This document shows positions 8,507 through 16,245 of a stretch of 38,912 nt of DNA, piece after piece. Under the pieces are notes generated by a model. That model did not search any database. It saw nothing but the letters and a program-made list of their open reading frames with translations, and was not told the DNA's origin. Both the position numbers and the translations under genes were made by a program. The stretch covers positions 1 through 38,912 of the IMG/VR virus record IMGVR_UViG_3300016263_000623; one strand, given 5' to 3'. Each line of letters starts with the position of its first letter. Within the stretch, counting starts at the first letter, position 1. This DNA is from a virus (lineage: Duplodnaviria; Caudoviricetes).

Positions 8507-11500
8507 GCTTTTGCCTTTCTTGGTACTGGAGCAAGCATTGCCTTGCACATTTTATCGAGGTCCGGATCGTTCTTGGCGTACCCGAGTTTGACTGCTGTGG
8601 CATACTCGGCCACGAACTCAAGCGGATCGGTCGTCGCGTAAAAGCCAAGTTTTTCTACCTTCGACTCGCATCGGTAAATCCACGCAGGGTCTCGCGTGGC
8701 CGCGACTTCCAGATTTCGCATAATGTCCATCTTCAAGCCCGTCGCCCAGCGATAAACCTGCTCCTCTGTTGCGTGCTTTGGAGGTCTGGGCGATCCAGTC
8801 TTAGCGGCAGCATTCTCGTAATGCTCCCGATGGACATCCTCGTGGACTAGCGTATGAGCAGGAGAAGGAGTCGAAGAATACCCTGACTTGTGCAGAAACT
8901 CCGGCGTTATTTGAGAGTCTGTCGTGCCAGCCAGGATATGAATCTCGTTGTCTACTGGAAGATAGGCGCCCTGCACGCCTTCCCATCGAAACTGAGACGT
9001 GCCTGTGTGCTTTGCGATCGACTGCGCTGTTTGGATGTGAAACTCGACGTCCTTCAGTGACGGGACGGCCTGCACGGCCGCGTAAACCTCGGCGATCGTT
9101 TTGGCAATCGCTTCGCGGGTGTACTGAGTTGACTCGGCGTGATATTTATCAACGATCCAATCGTTGGCTACGTTTAGCCCCAGCGCTTCGCAAACCTCTG
9201 AAGGAGACGATTCGCCTGCCTCTGGGCCAGTGAACCAGCCTCGCTTGGTTCCTATCGCCTCCGCGATTGCCGCCGTTAGTTCCTCGTGGCTGGCGCCAGA
9301 CTTTGCAAGAGCCGCAACCTTTCCGGCGCCTCGCTGGCACTGGTTGCCCTGATCAAACCGCCCGCCTTCATCTCGCCCGCAGTCAGCCGACCGAGACTCC
9401 ACCCACTCGTAGTCGTCCAGTTCCCCGTCGTCCCAAATCTCCTGCCACATCTCGTCCAGGCGGACGAGGTCTTCGGGAGACATCCACTCGTCGCCTGAGC
9501 CCAGCGGCATTTCGCGACGGCTCTCGCCGAACTTCTTGATGAACCTGTCCATGATCTTGGCCTGCGGGCTCGACCTGTCTTTGAGGTCAAAAGTCACGTC
9601 GAGGTCTTCGCCGTTGTCCCGCCACCACCTTGTGCCCTCTGGCGTGGCGTGCAGATCGAGCAGAGACTTGGCGTGGGACAAGTCTGGCGGGAGTTTCGCC
9701 TTGATGCTCGCCGGGAGAGGTGCGTCGAAGCCCATTCGGGGCCAGATCGTGTACCCACGCCACGGCGTAGACGTCACGCTGCCCTTGGTGGCCGACGAGT
9801 TCCCGGCCGCATTGAGGACGATACGAGAGACTCCAGCCTTGCGGGCGGCTTCTACAGAGGACGTCATGGCTCGGTAGAACTCGCGAGCAGCGGCGTGCCG
9901 CTTCGAGTCGTCGGACTTGATCGAGTCCGCCACATTGACCGTGCTGTGGTAGACGACAGTCTCGCCAGACGCCGTGACGCCAATCACGGACGAGCCGTGC
10001 AGGCCGCTCTCGACTCCGGCGAAGTCACGCTCGAAGGCGAACATCACTGGCGTGACCTTCGAGTCGGGGAACTCCATCGAGAAGTCCGGAGCAGGGCGGA
10101 CGAAGACGTCTGATTCTTCGCTCCCGCCAGCGACCATTGGAGCCAACTTCGGGTCGATGCCAGCAGCGTCGAGCGACGCCTTCACGGCCTTCGGAGCAGA
10201 GACGTTGATCGAGCCGTAGCGTCCGTCGCCAACAGGGGGCGGCGACGTGTCTCGGGACGTCTCGGGCCACGAGAGAGTCTCGTTGGACGACCAGCGGTCG
10301 CCGGATGGTGCGGCGGTGGCGGTTGCAGCGCTGCCGCCTTCGTCCGCCGCGCAGTCATTGCCGCTGCCGAACCTCCCGCCCTCGTCGCGGCCGCAGTCGG
10401 CAGAGCGGGACTCAGTCACGCCCTTCATCAGCCACGGACGCACCTTGAGATGCTGGTATCCGAGCGGCTCGTCGCTCTCGTATTCAGCATCAATGGCACG
10501 GCGGACCTTGCGGTTCCGCTTCGCCAACTCGGCCTTGATGATCTCCGGGCCGACCTTCGAGGCGTAGGCATTCTGCGGCGCGTAGTTGCCAGTCTTCTCG
10601 TAGACAGCGTTCTGTCCGAACGTCTCGGCGAACAACGCAGGCCATGCACTCTCAGGGAGCGTCGAGGCATGAGTCAGCATGCCGTTGTACTCGCCGTTGG
10701 TCGAGAACGAGTAGCCGCCGCGAACGTGAGCGACCATGTCATGCACGACGCGAAACAAGTCGTTGGCGATCATCGGCTCGCCGTCGGCAGTCTTGTACTT
10801 CGTCTCGCGAAGCATCGGGTGATCCGGCGTGGCCGATCCAGTGCCGAATCCCTTCTCGGTCATAAAGAACGAGAACTCGCCAGTCTTGGCGACCTCTTCT
10901 CGCATCTTGTCGGAGTTGGGCTTCGTGCTGCCAGGCGGGTCTCCGTACGGCTCGCCTTCGCCTCTCCAGGCTTTCGCCTTGAGCCCAGCGGCTGTGAGCG
11001 CCTCGTACTGGCGCCCGATCTCGTCGATGAGGTCTTTGTACGAAGCCTCGGCCTCGGGAGTGAGCGAAGCACCGGACGAACCCTGCTCGTCGGCGGCGGC
11101 GGTGATGACTTTCTCAGGCGGAGTGTCCGCGCGGCCGCGAGACCTGTCCCAGACAGCCTTCGGATTCGGCGAGACCGAGTCGATGGCGTCGCGGAACTTC
11201 TCCGACCCACGAGGAAACGACCGAGGCATGGACTCGGGGCTGCGGCTCGACGATGAAGAGCCGTCGTCGGAGCCGCACGAGTTGTCGACGCCGCCGCCTT
11301 CGCCGGTGGGGCAGAAGGCGCGGGACTCTTTCTCAGAAGAGATTGCCTTCAGCAACTCAACGAAGTCGACACCGGCAAGTTCCGTCTCGTTGTCCCACAA
11401 GTCCTGGCCGGATTGATTCGGGAAGTCTGTCTCGCCATCCGTTGCGGCGCCATCTTGGCGGGTGGCATCGTAAGACCGAACAGACTTTGGCCTCCTCGCC

Positions 11501-14500
11501 TTCTCTGGCTTGAGTGCGACCGGCTCCTCCCCAGAGTCTCGGCGCTGTTTCAGCGATTTCGCAGCAGCGGAGTACAGAGAGTCGCCTTCGATTTTCGTCT
11601 TCGCGCCGAGCCTCTTCCACAGGTTCTGCTCGTACTGCCACAAGACTGCCTGAATCTCGCTGACTTGCACTTCCCCGAGGCGCGAGGGGTTTTCTGCTGC
11701 GACCCTTTTCGCAACTTCGCGAAACACTCCACGAAGAACGTGTCGAGCCCTCGCCGATCGCGGGTCTTGCTGCTCGTGTATCAGAGACTTGAAGATCGTG
11801 TTGCCAGCCCTGTGCGCTGCGTCGATTTGCGGGTCCGGGTGAGTTCCGTAAGACCCGCTTGGTTCACCGCTCTTTGATACGCCGCGAGGGACTTTGTTAA
11901 ACGACCTCTCGGCGGCCTTGGCCCACTCAAAGGCGGCACTGCTCTCCTCGATGATTCCTGTCCTTGCCTGCAACTCAAGAGACCGAATGACGTCCTCTCG
12001 CTTGAGGCTCAGTGGAGGCTTGTCGACGCCGAACAGGATGTCCCGCGAGCGAGCCCTCTGCTTGATTGCTCTTATCGCGGCGTTTGCCTGCTTGTTGGCT
12101 GCATTGGGCGTAGCCCTGGAAAGCAACTCGCCCGTGACGCGGCCGACAGATCGCATCAGCCATCGGTCCATTGTCAGGAACTGATGCTTACCGCTCAGGT
12201 TTGCGAAGAATGACCCGATCTTCGGCCCAAAGATCGCCGCGACAGGCACGACCTCGTCGCCCAATTCGACGCCTTTGAGGTCTTTCTCGGACCAACTTCC
12301 TCCGATTTCCTGAGACTTTGCGGCCAGTCTCTTCATCGTGCTGGCAATCGTCGACGCGCGGGTGACTCCAGACAGGAGCGAGCGAGTGCGAGACTCGCCG
12401 AACTCGTCAATCATCGCCTGAAAACGGTTGAGCGACTTCCGTATCTCCGTCGCCCTCTCGCCTCCCATGACTTGGTCTGGCGTCCTGACAGAGCCATGCT
12501 CTCGGTACAGCCTGTAAATCCTGTCTGCTGACTCAAGATTTAGTGCCGGGTCTGTTCCGTTGCTCGTGATTGCCGTGATCATCGTGAACACGAACGCCGC
12601 GTCTTCCGGAGTAGTGCCTCGCCGCTTTGCTTCGTCTGGGTCTTTCAACTCTGGATAGAACCCAGACATGATGTCCATGCACTCGGCAATGTCCGTGCTG
12701 TAAAAGCCAGGATTGCGACCCTCTTCGTACGCTCTGTCGACGTCCTCCTTCAGTGCTGCGACGACATACTCGAACTGCTCTTGCGGCAGATCATCTCGCG
12801 TGTCGAAGACAGCAGCCGGTCCTTCGCCGCCAAGTTCTTTCCTCGCGTCTTCATGCCGCGACGAAAGGAGCCTGCCGACTGCGTCATGCGAAACGTACGT
12901 CCCGTTCTGCGCGAGATCGCTCTCGGCGAATACAGGATCAAGGCGAGTGATCTTGTTGGGCCTTCTTGGGTCATCTCGGCTAACAATCTCGCGGCCGTAC
13001 AAGTCTGCGGAACTGCCTGGATGCGAGCCAGCGGGCTTGGGGTTTCTTTCCAAGTCGGCCTTCGCCCTTGCTTTTGCCTCTGCGTCTATCACGACGACAG
13101 ACTTTCCGCCGCGCAGAAGCGTCTCCTGGCGACGCACGTTGCCCAGAGGAATGTCGTCGCTGTCTTTTTTCTTGCCCGCTTTCGGCTCCTGCTCGCTCCC
13201 GCTCCCATCCCCCTTCGCGCAATCATTCCCCTTCGCGAAGCGTCCGCCCTCTGTCTTCTCGCAGCCAGCGTCTCTCTGCTCAACCCCGTCAACAAACTCG
13301 CTGCGGTTCTTGTTTCGCTCCTTGAGCCGTTCGAGCATCTTCTTCATCCGCTCGAACCGCTTGTAGCCGACAGACTCCTTGTTCGTGAAGTCGAACGACA
13401 GTTCGATCGTCGTGCCGTTCTCATTCCACCAGCGATCGCCCTCTGGCGTGGCGATCAATTGCTGAACAGTCATGCTGCCGCTGTTCGCTCTTCGCCTCTG
13501 CTCTGGCGTCAACTTGACATCTGCCTTGATCGCGTCGACGTCCGCGCGGTCGAGCAGTCCGTCGAACCCAAACTGCGGCCACAGGCGATACCCCTGCAAC
13601 GCACTGCCGGAGTTCCCGGCGGCGATCGTGTCAGCGCGAACGGCGCCGGACTTCTCGGCCACCGACATGGACTCAGTCATTCGCTCAAGAACGAGACTGA
13701 CGATTCGTCGCCGGTCTGCTGAGTCTCCCTCTGATTCGCCATCGATCGACGACATGGCCTTAGAGTCGAGCGACATGCTGTCGTAGGCGACAACGAGATT
13801 CCCGTCGTCGTCCTTCATCAGCGACACCATGTTCTTGATGCTGCCGAGTTGGTCCGACCCGTCGGGCGAGACCGGAATCGACGAGTTGGCGATGATCGAC
13901 TCGCCGTATGAGTCGATGGAGATTGAGCCTCCCTGGCGAGCGCCGCCGGATATCGCCACCACGTTCTCGACTGTCTTGACCTTGCCGAGGTCGCCGAGCA
14001 GGCCCTTCAGAGAGTGAACGTCGTTGACGCTGAAGGAGTCCAGAACCTCAGCGCCCTTGAACGGCGGCGACGCGGAGACTGCTTCGGAGTCCATTTCGAG
14101 GCCGCCGTCGTCGTCGGCTGGCAGGGAATCCGCCCCGTCTTCGCTCGCGCAGTCGTTTCCCGACCCGAACCGGCCGCCTTCGACGCGGCCGCAGTCGGCT
14201 CCGGCCCTGAACTCTGCCTCTTCGTCGAGCCACTGAAAGAAAGAACGCTCTTGATTTCTTTCACGAAGTTTCTTGAGTTGCGAGACTCGCTTCTGAAACT
14301 TGGCGTAGCCAAGACTCTTTTTGTCCGACAGATCAAGAACCATGCCGAGCGTAGAGCCATTGTTGTCCCACCAGAGGTCTCCCTCATGGAACGAAACAAG
14401 GTGCTGGACGTTGATGTTGCTCTGCGGCAACGCGGCCGCGAGGGCCCCAGCCGAGGGCTTGATGCGAGTCGCAAACAAGTCGGGCCTCGCGACTCGCATG

Positions 14501-16245
14501 ACTTTCTCGATGACATCTGGCGGGGCCTTCGCCAGGGCGTGCTTGTGGCTCGGCTCAAGCGGGGCATCGAATCCGAACTGCGGCCAGAGTCTGTACCCCT
14601 TGAGGTCATATTCAGGTCCGCCTGCGGCCGACATCTTGACGCGAGCGATGCCAGAGTTGTCTGCGGCCATAATGGACTCGATGACCGCCTGCTGCATGAG
14701 GCTCGTGGCCTTGGCGACTCGCTCGCGAGAGGCTTTGACCTCCTGAGTTGGAAACATCTCATTGAGGCCCAAGACATGCTCTCGGCCCTCCTTGTAGACA
14801 GAGACGCCGACTTGGAAGTAGCCCTCTGAGCCGTCGCCGCTTCGCGAGACCGGGATTCTGTTCTCGACCGAGAGGTACGCACCCATTTCTGGGTGACCGG
14901 CGCCAGAGAAAACCACTTCACTGCCACGCACCGTGGCCCCGCCCATGGCGGCGAGATCGTCCAGAGACTTGACGCCCGCCTGGGCCATGCCCTCCAAGAG
15001 GGCTTTCGGGTTGGCGATCTCGACACGGCCAGCCTTCTCCGCTCCAGCGAATGGCGGCTTCTCTTTGAGATCGTTTCCAGACAAAGACACAGAGTCATTC
15101 GACTCTTTCCACGAGTCGTCGGTCTTGCTCGACGAGCCACCGCTGCCGTCCGAGGCGCAATCGTTGCCCGGCGCGAACCGTCCGCCTTCGACCTTCTCGC
15201 AGCCGCCATTGCGGTACTCGACCCAGTCGTCGTCGAGCAGGGCCCTGGCTTCGACGTCAAAGAATGCGTCCGCCAAGTCGAGGCCACGCTTCGAGAACCT
15301 GTCGCGAAGCGATGTGAATCTCTTCCAGCCTGGGTCTTTGGCGTCGCCCACATTCAGCGACATCTCCATCTCGCCGCCGTTCTTCTCCCACCACTCCTGC
15401 CCCTCTTTGGTCTCGTAGAGAGACTGAATCGTCAGGGCTCCGGCTGCTTTTTCCTTGCGAGCCCGAGGCGAGAGAATCTTGTCTGGAATGCCGCTGCCGT
15501 ATGAATTGAAGAAGCCTCTCGCGAGAGACCATGTCGGAGTGATCCGCTGTCGCGGGATGACGCCGTTGAAGCCCAGCCGGGGCCAGATTCTGTAGCCCTT
15601 GAAGTCAGAAGAGTCCCGGTTGTCCCCCGCCGCCAGCATCTCAACGCTCGTGACGCCGATCTTCTCGGCTTGCGTGATGCTCGCGATCGTGCCCTTCATC
15701 ATGTGGCGAGCGACGGCGACGCTGGCTTTTGCTTTTGCCTCGTCGCTGATCATCAGCATCGTGTACGACATGACGAGTTCGCCGCCCTCGAAGCGAGTCA
15801 GCGAAGCGGCTGTCTTGGCCGCGCCTTCGATGCCCGCGACTGGCATTGTGCTTACGAACGTGACAGTGTCTTCGATGTACCGATCGGGGTCTTCGCTCCC
15901 CATGTACTCGATGATCTCTCGCATGCCGCCGTGAGCGATCACGACGTCGGACTCCGGATCGAGAGCAGCGCACGCCTTGGCTGCTTGATCGAGGGTCACG
16001 CCGACTTCGCGAAGCGACTTGCTGACCAACTCTCCGTCCGAGATGGTCACGGACTTCACGCCAGCGAGGGACTTCGCCGGGGGCGACTTCTTCAGGTCTT
16101 TCCCAGAGATCAGAACCTTTTCCTGCTCTCGCTTCCACGAGTTGTCGACCTTTGGCCCGCCTTCGTTGGCCGAACAGTCGTTCTTAACGCCGCCGCCTTC
16201 GCCCGTCGGGCAGAAGGCCCGGAACTCTTCTTCCAGAAAAATCAC
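8503..16245 (-). CDS. Giant polyvalent polyprotein (2580 aa) with seven Cys-tagged modules
   Basis: GTG start overlaps the portal stop (GTGA). Modules 1, 2, 3 and 6 are GNAT-like paralogues, 4 is HhH-glycosylase-like, 5 carries NDLFRVVHD..AH/ETFGQN, and 7 is an HExxH zincin. Confidence 0.9.
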   Translation of the reverse strand: MIFLEEEFRAFCPTGEGGGVKNDCSANEGGPKVDNSWKREQEKVLISGKDLKKSPPAKSLAGVKSVTISDGELVSKSLREVGVTLDQAAKACAALDPESDVVIAHGGMREIIEYMGSEDPDRYIEDTVTFVSTMPVAGIEGAAKTAASLTRFEGGELVMSYTMLMISDEAKAKASVAVARHMMKGTIASITQAEKIGVTSVEMLAAGDNRDSSDFKGYRIWPRLGFNGVIPRQRITPTWSLARGFFNSYGSGIPDKILSPRARKEKAAGALTIQSLYETKEGQEWWEKNGGEMEMSLNVGDAKDPGWKRFTSLRDRFSKRGLDLADAFFDVEARALLDDDWVEYRNGGCEKVEGGRFAPGNDCASDGSGGSSSKTDDSWKESNDSVSLSGNDLKEKPPFAGAEKAGRVEIANPKALLEGMAQAGVKSLDDLAAMGGATVRGSEVVFSGAGHPEMGAYLSVENRIPVSRSGDGSEGYFQVGVSVYKEGREHVLGLNEMFPTQEVKASRERVAKATSLMQQAVIESIMAADNSGIARVKMSAAGGPEYDLKGYRLWPQFGFDAPLEPSHKHALAKAPPDVIEKVMRVARPDLFATRIKPSAGALAAALPQSNINVQHLVSFHEGDLWWDNNGSTLGMVLDLSDKKSLGYAKFQKRVSQLKKLRERNQERSFFQWLDEEAEFRAGADCGRVEGGRFGSGNDCASEDGADSLPADDDGGLEMDSEAVSASPPFKGAEVLDSFSVNDVHSLKGLLGDLGKVKTVENVVAISGGARQGGSISIDSYGESIIANSSIPVSPDGSDQLGSIKNMVSLMKDDDGNLVVAYDSMSLDSKAMSSIDGESEGDSADRRRIVSLVLERMTESMSVAEKSGAVRADTIAAGNSGSALQGYRLWPQFGFDGLLDRADVDAIKADVKLTPEQRRRANSGSMTVQQLIATPEGDRWWNENGTTIELSFDFTNKESVGYKRFERMKKMLERLKERNKNRSEFVDGVEQRDAGCEKTEGGRFAKGNDCAKGDGSGSEQEPKAGKKKDSDDIPLGNVRRQETLLRGGKSVVVIDAEAKARAKADLERNPKPAGSHPGSSADLYGREIVSRDDPRRPNKITRLDPVFAESDLAQNGTYVSHDAVGRLLSSRHEDARKELGGEGPAAVFDTRDDLPQEQFEYVVAALKEDVDRAYEEGRNPGFYSTDIAECMDIMSGFYPELKDPDEAKRRGTTPEDAAFVFTMITAITSNGTDPALNLESADRIYRLYREHGSVRTPDQVMGGERATEIRKSLNRFQAMIDEFGESRTRSLLSGVTRASTIASTMKRLAAKSQEIGGSWSEKDLKGVELGDEVVPVAAIFGPKIGSFFANLSGKHQFLTMDRWLMRSVGRVTGELLSRATPNAANKQANAAIRAIKQRARSRDILFGVDKPPLSLKREDVIRSLELQARTGIIEESSAAFEWAKAAERSFNKVPRGVSKSGEPSGSYGTHPDPQIDAAHRAGNTIFKSLIHEQQDPRSARARHVLRGVFREVAKRVAAENPSRLGEVQVSEIQAVLWQYEQNLWKRLGAKTKIEGDSLYSAAAKSLKQRRDSGEEPVALKPEKARRPKSVRSYDATRQDGAATDGETDFPNQSGQDLWDNETELAGVDFVELLKAISSEKESRAFCPTGEGGGVDNSCGSDDGSSSSSRSPESMPRSFPRGSEKFRDAIDSVSPNPKAVWDRSRGRADTPPEKVITAAADEQGSSGASLTPEAEASYKDLIDEIGRQYEALTAAGLKAKAWRGEGEPYGDPPGSTKPNSDKMREEVAKTGEFSFFMTEKGFGTGSATPDHPMLRETKYKTADGEPMIANDLFRVVHDMVAHVRGGYSFSTNGEYNGMLTHASTLPESAWPALFAETFGQNAVYEKTGNYAPQNAYASKVGPEIIKAELAKRNRKVRRAIDAEYESDEPLGYQHLKVRPWLMKGVTESRSADCGRDEGGRFGSGNDCAADEGGSAATATAAPSGDRWSSNETLSWPETSRDTSPPPVGDGRYGSINVSAPKAVKASLDAAGIDPKLAPMVAGGSEESDVFVRPAPDFSMEFPDSKVTPVMFAFERDFAGVESGLHGSSVIGVTASGETVVYHSTVNVADSIKSDDSKRHAAAREFYRAMTSSVEAARKAGVSRIVLNAAGNSSATKGSVTSTPWRGYTIWPRMGFDAPLPASIKAKLPPDLSHAKSLLDLHATPEGTRWWRDNGEDLDVTFDLKDRSSPQAKIMDRFIKKFGESRREMPLGSGDEWMSPEDLVRLDEMWQEIWDDGELDDYEWVESRSADCGRDEGGRFDQGNQCQRGAGKVAALAKSGASHEELTAAIAEAIGTKRGWFTGPEAGESSPSEVCEALGLNVANDWIVDKYHAESTQYTREAIAKTIAEVYAAVQAVPSLKDVEFHIQTAQSIAKHTGTSQFRWEGVQGAYLPVDNEIHILAGTTDSQITPEFLHKSGYSSTPSPAHTLVHEDVHREHYENAAAKTGSPRPPKHATEEQVYRWATGLKMDIMRNLEVAATRDPAWIYRCESKVEKLGFYATTDPLEFVAEYATAVKLGYAKNDPDLDKMCKAMLAPVPRKAKA

